From the NCBI GenBank assembly GCA_963730935.1, contig CAVSTP010000002.1, positions 640,001 through 704,000 on the forward strand: a stretch of 64,000 nucleotides of DNA, in the 5' to 3' direction. The stretch is from an uncultured Nitrospiraceae bacterium (GTDB taxonomy: Bacteria > Nitrospirota > Nitrospiria > Nitrospirales > Nitrospiraceae). Shown piece after piece: positions 38,347 through 48,402 of the stretch. Made by a program: the position numbers and the translations under genes. The notes under the pieces were generated by a model that saw only the letters and a program-made list of their open reading frames with translations, ran no database searches and was not told where the DNA came from. Position 1 is the first letter of the stretch; every line of letters begins with the position of its first letter.

Positions 38347-39396
38347 CTACGGCTGTTTGGGGACGTCTTGTGCACAGCGGAAACCTACGTTTGGATCGTG
38401 TTCGGTGGGATCGCCCTTAGTCCGGAAGGAAGAACGTAGTCGGTAGGCGCCGTTGATGTAAGACCCACCTCGCTGCACTTTGGCCGTCCCTTCGAGTGGC
38501 CCTTTCGGATTGATCGCCGGATTTTTGGAATAAAACTCTTCGTCGTACCAATCTGTCGTCCATTCATACAGATTTCCCGCCAGGTCATGGACTCCGTACG
38601 GACTCTTGCCCTTGTCACGATTCCCGATCGCCGAGACCGTGTCGGACCCCTCCTTCAAACCAAAAACGGCGTGGGCTGAGGTCGGAGCATCGTTGCCCCA
38701 GGGGTACACTCGACCGTCGGACCCGCGCGCGGCTTTTTCCCACTCTGCCTCCGTCGGCAACCGTTTTCCCGCCCAGAGGCAATAGCCGATCGCGTCCATC
38801 CAGTTGACCCAGCGCACGGGCTGATCTGGACGAATCACCGGAGTCTCCTTATCGGCGAACCCCCACGGTGGCTCGCTTTGGATGGCTTCGACGAATTTCG
38901 CAAAACGCCCATTCGTAACCTCGAACCTATCGATATAGAAACCATCGAGAAAGACTTTGTGGATGGGCTGCTCATCGTCGTCCCCTTTGTCGCTGCCCAT
39001 CGTGAATTCTCCGACCGGGATCAGCACCATGGGCGCTCCGTCCTTCCCGACGATCTCTCCCGGAGGCTGTGGCATCGTGGCTGCCTTGGGCGGCGTGTTG
39101 CCGTTGGACGGATGCGTCGCTTTTGCCGGCGGTTTCGCCGGCCCAGGTGTCGCAGAGGGCGGCTGCTCCTTGCTGCCCTCCTGTGAAGGCGGGGACTTGA
39201 CGGGCGGTTTCACTTCACCGTCTTGCGCATGCTGCTTGGGGACGGCTGGAGGTTGTGGGGGAGCCGGTACTTGAGGCGTCTGCGTCTGACCGGAATCAGA
39301 TTTGGGTGCGACCGGTTCAACCGCGAGCGCCAAGCCGGTGAGGCTGAGGCCGGCCAGCATCATGCCTGCAACCGTGTTCTTCCATGCCATAGTCAT
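38347..39396 (-). CDS. Formylglycine-generating enzyme (SUMF1/FGE-sulfatase) domain protein, secreted
   Basis: Signal peptide, Pro-rich linker, FTMGS, EVTN, RLPTEAEWEKAARG, GNLYEW, RGGS, GFRC. Confidence 0.92.
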   Translation of the reverse strand: MTMAWKNTVAGMMLAGLSLTGLALAVEPVAPKSDSGQTQTPQVPAPPQPPAVPKQHAQDGEVKPPVKSPPSQEGSKEQPPSATPGPAKPPAKATHPSNGNTPPKAATMPQPPGEIVGKDGAPMVLIPVGEFTMGSDKGDDDEQPIHKVFLDGFYIDRFEVTNGRFAKFVEAIQSEPPWGFADKETPVIRPDQPVRWVNWMDAIGYCLWAGKRLPTEAEWEKAARGSDGRVYPWGNDAPTSAHAVFGLKEGSDTVSAIGNRDKGKSPYGVHDLAGNLYEWTTDWYDEEFYSKNPAINPKGPLEGTAKVQRGGSYINGAYRLRSSFRTKGDPTEHDPNVGFRCAQDVPKQP

Positions 39397-39567
39397 AAGC
39401 TGAACGCACCTGCAAATGGAGTTCCTGATGTGGGGCTCTTTAGGGTACTCAAAGATATGCCAATAAATCCAGAGCAGTAACGTCCCTTGGTGAATCAGGG
39501 GGGGGTGGTTCCCCGTAGGGAACGGCCTACGGCCAAGGAAAGTCATTGAGGGAAAAGGGGGTTTTGA

Positions 39568-39846
39568 TCAGCGGCCTATCTTGTATCCGTAGAGCCACCG
39601 TGAGGTGGTCTTCCCGCGGTTTCTTACGCTGTGAACGACGCCGGCGGGAATGAATACCTCTTCACCGACTGGCGGGCGAAGCACGTTACCGTCGATTTCG
39701 AATTCGACGTCACCCTCCATCGTCATCACGACCTCATCGGCCGTGTGCGTGTAATCCTCCCAGATTTGGCCGGGAGGATCAGTCCATATGTCGCAACTGA
39801 AGCCTCGGGACCGCCAGTTGGACCGAACGGAAGTGACGTCTACCAT
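39568..39846 (-). CDS. Cupin domain protein
   Basis: HTADE....EG, GEEVFIPAGVVHSVRN. Confidence 0.85.
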   Translation of the reverse strand: MVDVTSVRSNWRSRGFSCDIWTDPPGQIWEDYTHTADEVVMTMEGDVEFEIDGNVLRPPVGEEVFIPAGVVHSVRNRGKTTSRWLYGYKIGR

Positions 39847-39862
39847 ACAAATGCTGCGTCCA

Positions 39863-40135
39863 TTATTCTCCACGAGCTGTGACGCACTCCCTTCCCCACC
39901 CATGAAATGAGTTCACGTGATACTCGACACTCCGCACTGTTGCTATATCGCCAAGCCGCATCGCCTCTTTGCCGGTCAAGTCAAGCTTGCGACCAAGTCC
40001 GAACAAATCGAAGAGACACTCTTGACCCTGTTTCGAATCGCTAAGTGGAGGGTTCGCATATATCAACCACGTATGGGACTGGCAGCCCTCGAGCACGGGC
40101 AGCAGCATCGCGATCAGCATCAGTGATCTCTTCAT
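39863..40135 (-). CDS. Small lipoprotein, TRL-like
   Basis: Lipobox LEGC; K.G.EC...LFGL...V..VEY...C...RGE. Confidence 0.6.
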   Translation of the reverse strand: MKRSLMLIAMLLPVLEGCQSHTWLIYANPPLSDSKQGQECLFDLFGLGRKLDLTGKEAMRLGDIATVRSVEYHVNSFHGWGRECVTARGE

Positions 40136-40235
40136 GGCTCCCTTCTTTCCAGAAAGGGGACCCAACCGTTGTTGGCACCCTTACTCCGCTTTGAAATTGC
40201 AGGTGTTGCTTTCGCAGCCTGACTCGCGACCAAGA

Positions 40236-40421
40236 CTATGTTGAGTGCCGGTGCTGATGTTCACCGTGCTCGCCACTGTGCTGATGGTCATGGCGTTCGG
40301 TGTCGGTGCCATGCTCGTGAGCATGGGCATGCTCGTGCTCATGTTCATGTTGGTGAGTTTGAGCCGATCCATGCCTGTGTTCATGGCTGTGGACGTGCTT
40401 ATGGGAATGGGAACCCTTCAT
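40236..40421 (-). CDS. 61-aa histidine-rich putative metal-binding protein
   Basis: AAAGGAG RBS; 22 His in alternating H-X runs. Confidence 0.75.
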   Translation of the reverse strand: MKGSHSHKHVHSHEHRHGSAQTHQHEHEHEHAHAHEHGTDTERHDHQHSGEHGEHQHRHST

Positions 40422-40712
40422 GGGTGGTACTCCTTTCAAACGGTTTCTTGAAATAGTACCACCCTTTCTTGAGTCATGGAATACGTGGCCGTCCACAAGT
40501 GACATTCATTGACCCGCGACTTGCTTGTTCGCGGACCATCCCTGGGCCATTGAGAATTGTTTGATTCAATAGTCGAAAAATGGTGGAGGCGAGGGAACAA
40601 CCATCGTTGACACCAATACTACACTTTGAATTACGAAGGATGGACAGCCGTCAATGAAATGATGAAAAGTGATTGGAAATGAGTGTTCGCATTCGAGTAG
40701 GCTCGAGAGGCC

Positions 40713-42104
40713 ATGGCCCCCACTGTGCAAACGCCGCTGCATGAAGTCATATCGCGACGCGTGCGGCAAAGATTCATGAACGTCTCAAACGCGGCAGTTC
40801 CTTTCCGACGAGCAGGGGTTTACGCTTCGGCCCGCTGTCTTGAGTGGGCTCTTGTCTGTGCGCTCCTGGTAGCCTGTTCGGCACCCAAAGAGCGAGAACC
40901 CCTTCCATCCCCATCGCCAGGACCGCTTGGATGGGAAGTGCCTCCTCTCTTCTCTGCAGCGGGGCTGCTCACACCGGACTGGCTCAAAGGGCCACACCAC
41001 TCAGTCCAAGACGAACTGGTGAACGATGGCGCCCAGCACCATTTTGTGGTGAGCTCTGACTTCGGGACATTTCCTGCCGTCGGTATGCCTATGCTTCGAA
41101 CTCGAGTCGTAGAAATCGAGGCCATTGCGGCGATGAAGGATGTACGCCAATCGGAGGTGTTCGTCGATGCCCTCAGCTTCCAACTTCTCCACCCACTGCG
41201 CGGGTTGAAGATGCTGCTCACAGAGCCTCGACGTGTCGGGACTAGTGTCGGGGGTGGACTCTTGGAGTTTCTTGCCATGCCCGGACAATTTAGCAAGTTT
41301 GAGGGGAGCGACCGGGAAGATTCCATGACGAAATCGGCAATCGGTTTTTCTTATCTGAAGCGAAAACTAGCCTTTCAATTCGGGGTAGATCCCTATTCAT
41401 CCAATCCCACCTTGCAGGACGAACTGAATGAATTGACCTGGATCGCCTTCACTGCTGACCTGGCCCCTCAGATCGGGTATATTTTTATGCCAGCCAGCGC
41501 CATTATGTGGATGACCTTTAGTGCGACGCGCTGGACGTCGTACCTCGATGAACAAGTCCGCGACTATTCAGCGAACGATCTACGGGCATTGAACCGGGAC
41601 AAATTCTTGAAGATGGGAATCAGTGAGGAGGAGATCCATCAGTTCTTCCTCAACGCGCTCTATTCACCGAGACACGAGACGATCATTACCACCGCGCTAG
41701 ACGAACTCACCGGTGTTGATGGCCGGGAGGCCTTTTTATCCGTAGCCGAGGAGGCAAACTCTGAGGAACTGGTCTTATTCTACCAGCACGTGGTGGAAAT
41801 GATGCGCGGCTATCATGTGCACATAGGCGCCGTTGATCGACTGCTGGTACTGCCGCGTGTACCGGCTCTCTATACCAAGAATAAGACGCTCGTCGTGATG
41901 CTGCCCGTCGATTATTTGTTTTGGACCTCGCGCGTCGCGTCGGTCGCTCAGGCCCTGACGACGCATGTGCCCAGTCGACCTCGTATTGCCCAGCGAGAAC
42001 TCTGGATCGCCGGTAATGTCTCGCCGCGCGCCAGGCAGGAACTTGAATCGCTTGGATGGACAGTGTACGAGCAAGTCTCGGCAAAGCTTAATCCAGGGTC
42101 GTGA
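40713..42104 (+). CDS. Hypothetical lipoprotein
   Basis: Long ORF with LLVAC lipobox; true start probably 40776 or later. Confidence 0.75.
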   Translation: MAPTVQTPLHEVISRRVRQRFMNVSNAAVPFRRAGVYASARCLEWALVCALLVACSAPKEREPLPSPSPGPLGWEVPPLFSAAGLLTPDWLKGPHHSVQDELVNDGAQHHFVVSSDFGTFPAVGMPMLRTRVVEIEAIAAMKDVRQSEVFVDALSFQLLHPLRGLKMLLTEPRRVGTSVGGGLLEFLAMPGQFSKFEGSDREDSMTKSAIGFSYLKRKLAFQFGVDPYSSNPTLQDELNELTWIAFTADLAPQIGYIFMPASAIMWMTFSATRWTSYLDEQVRDYSANDLRALNRDKFLKMGISEEEIHQFFLNALYSPRHETIITTALDELTGVDGREAFLSVAEEANSEELVLFYQHVVEMMRGYHVHIGAVDRLLVLPRVPALYTKNKTLVVMLPVDYLFWTSRVASVAQALTTHVPSRPRIAQRELWIAGNVSPRARQELESLGWTVYEQVSAKLNPGS

Positions 42105-42208
42105 CGCTGTCCCATCTCCTTAACACCTATATGAGACCTGATGAAGTGTGAAGGAATCGGTACGACTGGGGCAACCTGAAGCTTCAAGGTTCAAACCGCT
42201 CAAAAAAA

Positions 42209-42265
42209 TGGTGGCGGCGAACCGAGTTATAAATTATTTTCGCCGACGATTCACGTCCCCCTGCG
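42209..42265 (+). repeat. att-like repeat, copy 1 (others at 44944-44996 and 45915-45960)
   Basis: TGGTGGCGGCGAACCGA..AAATTATTTTCGCCGACGATTCACGTCCCCCTGCG; the last 34 bp recur exactly at 45927-45960. Confidence 0.85.
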
Positions 42266-42388
42266 GCCTTCCAAGACCCTGAAGACATCTTAACCGAACT
42301 TTGGGTGGAATAGGCTGAAATGGGCCAGAGTGAGGTGGAGTTGAGCACAAGAGAGATCCAGCCACGGCGCTATCAGTCATTTCATGGT

Positions 42389-42533
42389 CCCGTTGATTAA
42401 GAGTCCGGACGAAGACCCATCTCAGGACACCCAGCAGAACCAATCAGCAGCAAAAGACGAGGAATCGTGATGGCACAGATCAGCATGGATCATGGTGTGT
42501 CAGGCTGTTTTGACACCAGCTTGCCACCATCGC
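42389..42533. repeat. ~145-bp non-coding element, copy 2
   Basis: Colinear with 5526-5670. Confidence 0.85.
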
Positions 42534-42589
42534 TTGCCCCATCGCGCCGATCATTACCGCATCGTCATGTTGCAGTGTGTGTGCAATAA

Positions 42590-42622
42590 GAAAGGCACGG
42601 TCTCGACAAAACCGTGCCTTTC
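42590..42622 (-). terminator. Hairpin terminator after the TOBE gene
   Basis: GAAAGGCACGGT/ACCGTGCCTTTC 12-bp stem. Confidence 0.7.
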
Positions 42623-42654
42623 AAAATGCGAAGATCGACCAATTACGATGAACG

Positions 42655-43095
42655 TTATGCTTTCTGAAGCATTACTTCGCTCGCCTTGAAGAACGCTGTC
42701 ACTTGATCCCCTTGGGTAAGTTGGAGTTCGTCGATAGCTTGCCGTGTGATTGTCGACGTGAGTTTCAACTGTCCTGCGTCCACCGTGACGCTTCCCATGG
42801 CTGTTCCCTTCTGAATGTCTGTCACCCGTCCACTCACTCTGTTTCTTGCGCTTATCTTGATTGCGCCAGCGTCTCCTTTGACAAGCATAGCTTCCGTCGA
42901 TTTGACGAATGCCACGACGGGGTCGTTCTTCCTAAGCCCCAGTTCCTGTACGGCCTGATTTGTGATCGCGGAGGTGATTCGTTGTCCTTGGGCCTGCACG
43001 GTAACGACGCTCATTGCCGTACCAGCCTGGATTTCGGATACAGTCCCACTTATCTGATTCCTCGCACTGATTTGACTCATTGTGCTTGTCGCCAT
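42655..43095 (-). CDS. Tandem TOBE/Mop molybdate-binding protein (molbindin)
   Basis: Two ISARN..G repeats, SAIT/STIT, VKSTE and FKASEV. Confidence 0.92.
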   Translation of the reverse strand: MATSTMSQISARNQISGTVSEIQAGTAMSVVTVQAQGQRITSAITNQAVQELGLRKNDPVVAFVKSTEAMLVKGDAGAIKISARNRVSGRVTDIQKGTAMGSVTVDAGQLKLTSTITRQAIDELQLTQGDQVTAFFKASEVMLQKA

Positions 43096-43559
43096 TCTGT
43101 CCTCCCATATGTTGAAATGTACTCACAACAACATACGTTATCCATGGTCCATCTGATACAGGGAATAAGCCCCATGACCCGCTGATTGGGTATCAGCGCG
43201 TGATTACATAAGCTGGCTTATGCCAAGGTTTTTTTAGTCCGGTGCGCCTTTGGCGCCTAGCATCAAGTACGCGAGGGAACTGCCCAACGCAACACGCGAT
43301 ACCACCACCCCCCGGCGCCAAAAAAATCGACGTGGCGAGTTCGCGATACAACTAACTGCGACGCGGCACCAAGTTTCGACGCTGTGGAGGGTTAGCACTA
43401 GGCGTTCCCCAGTGGTCCCGCGACGCGGTAACGAGCTAAACTCCCGTGAGTCAGCAGGACTGCTCCTGCGACGGGTTACCCATAATCTCGCGCTTGGCTG
43501 TGCTGGCCGCGGGGTTGACATCTGCATGCCATGTTGATACTCGACTGTTCGGTTGACTC

Positions 43560-44585
43560 ATGGATGAACGCATCCCAATCACGGCGGCGGCACCCTGGGC
43601 CGAGAGCAGGGTGAATGGCAGCGGCCCGATCAGCCATGCGGACGTGGCAGAGGAGATCTGGCAGGCGCTCAGCCGGAAAGCCGCCGGTGAGCGTGATGTG
43701 CCGCCCCTCGGGCTCGTCGTGCAGGGCGGCGGGATGCGGGGCGTCTATTCCATGGCCGTGTTAGCGGCCTTCGAAGAGATGGGCTGGACCCGTTGCTTCG
43801 ATCACGTCGCGGGGGCGTCCGCCGGAGCCATGAACGGCGCTCATTTCATCACCGGGCAGGCCCGCTATGGCGTCGAGACGTATATCGACTATCTGAGCAA
43901 CCGGAAGTTCATCGATTTCTTCCGCCTGAGGAAGCTCGTGGACATGGACTACATGATCGACGACCTCGTCCGCCACGTGCGACCTTTCAATCTGCCGGCC
44001 TTGCTGGAGGCGTCCACCGAGTTGCACATTGCCCTCGCCGACGCCGAAGACGCCTCCGTGCATTACGTGACGAACCGATCAGAGGATGTGGACCTGTGGG
44101 AAGCGTTTCGCGCCACGGGTGCGCTGCCGATCCTTTACAATCGGTTCGTCAAGGTTGGCGACCGGTTGTATCTGGACGGGAGCCTCAGCGACGGCCTCCC
44201 GCTGCCCCGCCTCCTGGCGCTCGGGTGCCGCTACATCGTGGTCGTCTTGACGAAACCGCTGTCGTTCCGGAGTCAGCGGGTGAGCCGGCCCGTTCGCACG
44301 CTGGCCTGGTGGGCGACGCGCCAGTACAGCCCGGCACTGAAGCGCGCCCTCTTTGACGTCAACCTGGACTTCAATCGTACCATGTCCGTACTGGCCGCGC
44401 CGGCACAAGCACGCCTCCACGAGGCAGTTAGAATTTTGGTCATTGCGCCACGCAGTAAGGAGCACCTCGTGCGGTGTGTCACGACGGACCCGCGACGGCT
44501 GAGACGGTGTGCGCGGCAAGGGCGAGCGGACGCGTGGCAAGCCTTCGGCCAGCGGCCCCCTGCCACGACGCATCCATTCCAATGA
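43560..44585 (+). CDS. Patatin-like phospholipase
   Basis: GGGMRG, GASAG, YLDGS. Confidence 0.9.
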   Translation: MDERIPITAAAPWAESRVNGSGPISHADVAEEIWQALSRKAAGERDVPPLGLVVQGGGMRGVYSMAVLAAFEEMGWTRCFDHVAGASAGAMNGAHFITGQARYGVETYIDYLSNRKFIDFFRLRKLVDMDYMIDDLVRHVRPFNLPALLEASTELHIALADAEDASVHYVTNRSEDVDLWEAFRATGALPILYNRFVKVGDRLYLDGSLSDGLPLPRLLALGCRYIVVVLTKPLSFRSQRVSRPVRTLAWWATRQYSPALKRALFDVNLDFNRTMSVLAAPAQARLHEAVRILVIAPRSKEHLVRCVTTDPRRLRRCARQGRADAWQAFGQRPPATTHPFQ

Positions 44586-45099
44586 GACCACGCGTCGTCC
44601 GGTCTCTTCTCCTTCTCTGAAGCAGTCTATATGGTCTTCGGACCTAAGACGGCCTTTCTCGAAAAAGGCTTGTGGTGTGCATTTAGGGAATCTCCCAGTC
44701 AAACCTTCCCACGCTTCGTCGTATAAGTTACGCCTCTTGAGAGGCGCACTGTAGTCTGATGGGTGCACCAACTCATAGTAAGGCTGGACTTCGCGCCCAC
44801 CGAAGTCGGGCCTTCTTATTTATCCGGACAGGCTGAACTCAAATAGAACCGACCTATCCTGTGCGCCTGTCCCCCCGCTACCGCTTCACGGCAACCGGGA
44901 CATTTGACCACCTATTGACCGGGGCGACCTTGGTCAACGATGGTGTTGGCGGCGAACCGATACCTAAATTATTTTGCGCATCGATTCGCGTTCCCTAACG
45001 ACCTTCTAAGGCCTCGAAAACAATCTAACCAGGACGCGATGGAGACGGTCAAGAACCGGACAGCTGCATTCACTTTAGAAGCAGCTGGGTATTGTCGGA

Positions 45100-45882
45100 T
45101 TGACGTTTTTTGCGAATCTCTTTATGAGAAAAGTCCAAAAAATGTCACAAAGGAGGATTACCGTCATGACGATGGAATTACTTGAAGTGCGTCTGCGTAG
45201 CTTGGAGCGGCGAAACGCTCGGCTGAGGATTGCTGTTATGCTCGTCGCCGTGCTAGCCGTCGGAGCGACCCTCGTCAGTGTGTCAGAGAACCTCTGGGCC
45301 GATCTTCCTGCGCCGTTCTGGGCCGATGCTCCTCAGACGATGGTCCAAGATACCGTAAAGACAAAACGAATCGAAGTGGTCGATACGGATGGTAAGTTAC
45401 TGGCCGTTCTCGGCAAGTTGACCGATGGCCTCAACCGGACGAGCACCGGCCTTGCTCTCGTCTCCAATAACAAACAAGTAGTCCGATTGACGCTGGATAC
45501 GGACAGCGATGGCTCATTGAACCACGCGACATTGACGGTTTCAGATCCCAAAGATGCGGAACAGAAAGAGTTGTTCAGAGTGGGGGTGACCTCAGTCGGC
45601 GAGGGTATTGGATTATTCCCTGGACTGCTATTCGAGAATCGAGATTACTTCACAAGGATGGAGCCGGACGGTCTGAAAATAGCAGTGAAGACCGAGAAAG
45701 ATGAATATGCGGAGGCTATTTCGCTCCGGGCTAACGAGGACAGTTCGGCAACGCTCACTCTCGGCGGGCTTTTCAAGCCTTTCAAGGTCCGCGCAATCGC
45801 AGAAGCTGACAAGCCGAGGCTCGTGTTAGAGAAAGGCGAAGGGAAAAACCGAAAGATTAAGACCTACGGCTTAGCCCCATAG
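45100..45882 (+). CDS. Membrane-anchored hypothetical protein
   Basis: LEVRLRSLERRNARLR followed by a TM helix and IEVVDTDGK; start probably ~45166. Confidence 0.7.
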   Translation: MTFFANLFMRKVQKMSQRRITVMTMELLEVRLRSLERRNARLRIAVMLVAVLAVGATLVSVSENLWADLPAPFWADAPQTMVQDTVKTKRIEVVDTDGKLLAVLGKLTDGLNRTSTGLALVSNNKQVVRLTLDTDSDGSLNHATLTVSDPKDAEQKELFRVGVTSVGEGIGLFPGLLFENRDYFTRMEPDGLKIAVKTEKDEYAEAISLRANEDSSATLTLGGLFKPFKVRAIAEADKPRLVLEKGEGKNRKIKTYGLAP

Positions 45883-45986
45883 CATCGACGGGCTATAAAG
45901 ACGACGGATCCCATGAACCGATACTGAAATTATTTTCGCCGACGATTCACGTCCCCCTGCGTCCTAGTTCAAGGGGTGGCCGCCCG

Positions 45987-46160
45987 TTCCGGGGGATCCT
46001 GCGCGACTTGATGGGCAGGGAGATCGCCCTACACCCGATCGCCGACGCAGCCGAGCGCTACTTGACCGCCGAGGTGTCAGGGGACTACGCAGGGCTCTTT
46101 CGGCTCATCGCCGGGAAACAGAATGCCAAAAATAATTTTGGTGGAGGCGAGGGGAGTTGA
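45987..46160 (+). pseudogene. Probable C-terminal remnant of a large serine recombinase reading into the tmRNA 3' end
   Basis: RGILRDLMGREIALHP...ERYLTAEVSGDYAGL...NNFGGGEGS*; position overlapping the att site is typical of such integrases. Confidence 0.6.
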
Positions 46161-46484
46161 ACCCCTGTCCGAAGATCGTCAACACACCGCATCTACATGT
46201 GTAGCCGACAATTTAACTTCGCCGCCATCCACGCCCATCGGCAGGCTTAGAACGGCCGCTAGCCCAGAAAGTTCTCGTCCTCAGCCGCTGAGCACCGGCC
46301 TTGGACCAGCCCGCTGCATCGCGCCCTTCCACCCCCGCGGGCCTCAGATGGAAGAACGTCACAGCTGATTAAGCTGCGAGTGCCAGTTCTTGATTGGCAG
46401 TTGCATTTTCCCGGAGTTAACGAGTCCCCGAGAGCTCGACATGCCACGGTGGTATCAGTATCCCCGTCGAAACCGGTCGCCCCC
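46139..46484 (-). ncRNA. ssrA: tmRNA, tag peptide (A)ANQELALAA
   Basis: 5' GGGGGCGACCGGTTTCGAC, 3' GGTTCAACTCCCCTCGCCTCCACCA, G3-U pair, tag ORF at 46369-46398. Confidence 0.97.
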
Positions 46485-46491
46485 TTTCCGT

Positions 46492-46698
46492 CAGATGTTG
46501 AAAAAGCTGAACGGCCAAGCTGCCGAGATGAGGCAGGCTATCTCATGCCGATCCAGCTATTCTCCTAGATGGTCATGATACCGCAGGGGCCCGGGGGATG
46601 CCAGCGTGAAGGGCCATCCGGGAAAGCGCCTTGGAGCGATGCGTTGGCGCACCTCGGCACGCACGGGCAGGTGAGACAAGCCGTGCTTCAACTTCCTG
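46492..46698. repeat. Degenerate copy 3 of the MITE/REP-like element
   Basis: CAGATGTTGAAAAAG start; ...GGGCAGGTGAGA...CTTCAACTTCCTG end. Confidence 0.5.
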
Positions 46699-48390
46699 TT
46701 AGGCGCTCTTGAAGCGGGTGATCCGGGCGAACAGAATCGCGGCAAAGGGCAAGGCCAATCCCAGGAGCATCTCGGCGATCAATAGATCCCCGAGCTGACT
46801 ATAGTCGGCCGGGGTTTCGATGGCGCCAGATGTGGGATTCCTGACCTCGCGGGTGACGACATACACATCGTTGAGATATTTCGTGCCGAGCTGGCTCAAG
46901 GAAAGCGCAAGGTTCGTAAACGAGGCCATCACCGCAAAGAACGTGGCTTTGAGGTGTGCAGGCGCCGAGTTGGCGATCCACACGAGCATCGGAATCATCG
47001 AGATCTGGCCGAGCGGAGATTCCAATGCCGTATCGATCAAGGCGATAAAGCGGGCGTCGACCACTCCGCCGGTCAGGCGCGCCGTCCATTCGTGAAGCCC
47101 GTAGTACATGCTGACGACCGGCAGGGAGAGAATGGTTCCCACCAGCGTGAGGAATCCCACGACATACGCGATGGACCGTTCGGCCATGAAGCGCCGGAAC
47201 ACAAACATGCCGGCCAGGGTCAGCGTGCTGCCGATCAAAGACAGGACGGACAAGAACTGCTGGTCGAACTTCAGTTCGTCGATCATCCACCAGGTGGTGC
47301 CGGGCCCCGTTCCCGGAATCGCCCGGAAGATAAACACGACCACCGCCGTACCCACCAAGGTAAACCGCTTATCAGGCTCCAGTTCCTGCACGAGCCTTGC
47401 CATGAGGAAGAGCACGATCGCCATGGAGCCGGCAAAGACAATCTCTTCGCTGTAGGGAAAGCCGCCAAGTCCCACGATCAGGGTGAAGAGCCCGAAGGCC
47501 AGACTCCCACCCAGAATCCACCAATTCGGACGCGTCGGCTCGGCCGGCTCGTCTCGCACCTGCACCAATCGCCTGGCCTCTTCCGCCGTAAATCCTTCTC
47601 GTTTGAGCCGGGACAGATGTCGGCGCTTGATCCACCAGGCGAGTCCGACCCCGAGCACCGACACGAGGGGAACGATCAATGCCATCAGATAGATGTCCTG
47701 ATACAGCCGGACCACTTCCGTCTGCGGACGGCCTTCGACGCCGCTGAAGACAAACACATTGACCAGTGCCACGAGAATGCCCCCGGCGATGATGGCAACT
47801 CGTCCGAGCGTCTGCATCGTGGCGTGCATGAGTTTGCGCGTCGCGTCGTTGAACGGCTGGCCGCGGTCATCCACACGCGGGACCGCCTCAACGGTCATGG
47901 CGTCGGCGACGGCGTCTTGGATGACATACCCGATGGGTGCAAGAATGACACTCAGGACGAACCAAACCTCCGCCGGCATGACGGCCGTCATGGCTTCACG
48001 GTGGCCAATCAAGGCCGCCATGATGCCCAAGCTGATGGCGAGCAGCAGGGCACCGACCCCGATCAGCCAGCTCTTCCATCTCCACAGGAGATCCACGGTG
48101 TGACCGATGGGCATCTTGAGCGCCCAAGGAATCCCGGCCCAAAACCCGAGGGCGGCCAGGAACGACGCGGAGAGGCCAAGATAGTCCTTGACGAAGAAGG
48201 TGCCGACGATGCTCGTGAGACCGGAAATCCCGTAGGCCGCATAGACCATGAGCGGCGGCAAATACGAGAGCCGCATCTCCCGCCCGATGGAGAGGATGTT
48301 TCGATCAATCCAGCGCAGGATGGGATGCAACGTGCCGCCGGCAGGCGTCACATCGCCGACAGAATTACTCCCGATTTGAGAATCAGCCAT
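46699..48390 (-). CDS. MFS transporter, BT1 folate/biopterin-like
   Basis: PWALKMPIG..VD, DAVADAMTVE, ATFFAVMASFTN; many TM helices. Confidence 0.8.
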   Translation of the reverse strand: MADSQIGSNSVGDVTPAGGTLHPILRWIDRNILSIGREMRLSYLPPLMVYAAYGISGLTSIVGTFFVKDYLGLSASFLAALGFWAGIPWALKMPIGHTVDLLWRWKSWLIGVGALLLAISLGIMAALIGHREAMTAVMPAEVWFVLSVILAPIGYVIQDAVADAMTVEAVPRVDDRGQPFNDATRKLMHATMQTLGRVAIIAGGILVALVNVFVFSGVEGRPQTEVVRLYQDIYLMALIVPLVSVLGVGLAWWIKRRHLSRLKREGFTAEEARRLVQVRDEPAEPTRPNWWILGGSLAFGLFTLIVGLGGFPYSEEIVFAGSMAIVLFLMARLVQELEPDKRFTLVGTAVVVFIFRAIPGTGPGTTWWMIDELKFDQQFLSVLSLIGSTLTLAGMFVFRRFMAERSIAYVVGFLTLVGTILSLPVVSMYYGLHEWTARLTGGVVDARFIALIDTALESPLGQISMIPMLVWIANSAPAHLKATFFAVMASFTNLALSLSQLGTKYLNDVYVVTREVRNPTSGAIETPADYSQLGDLLIAEMLLGLALPFAAILFARITRFKSA

Positions 48391-48402
48391 TGCCTCCCTA
48401 TC

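Larger units (their letters stand above)
40581..46153. mobile_element. Decayed composite island at the tmRNA 3' end
   Basis: 15-bp direct repeat TGGTGGAGGCGAGGG at 40581 and 46139; recombinase-like remnant; internal att-like repeats. Confidence 0.8.

Noticed and set aside
40245..40451. Met/Val-rich membrane peptide on the plus strand
   Set aside because: Mirror of the His-codon repeats on the minus strand, which has the RBS
43560..44585. CBASS CapV effector
   Set aside because: No CD-NTase nearby; motifs fit the generic GGGMRG patatin family
40581..46153. Classical integron
   Set aside because: No IntI, and the repeats lack the attC RYYYAAC...GTTRRRY palindromic structure
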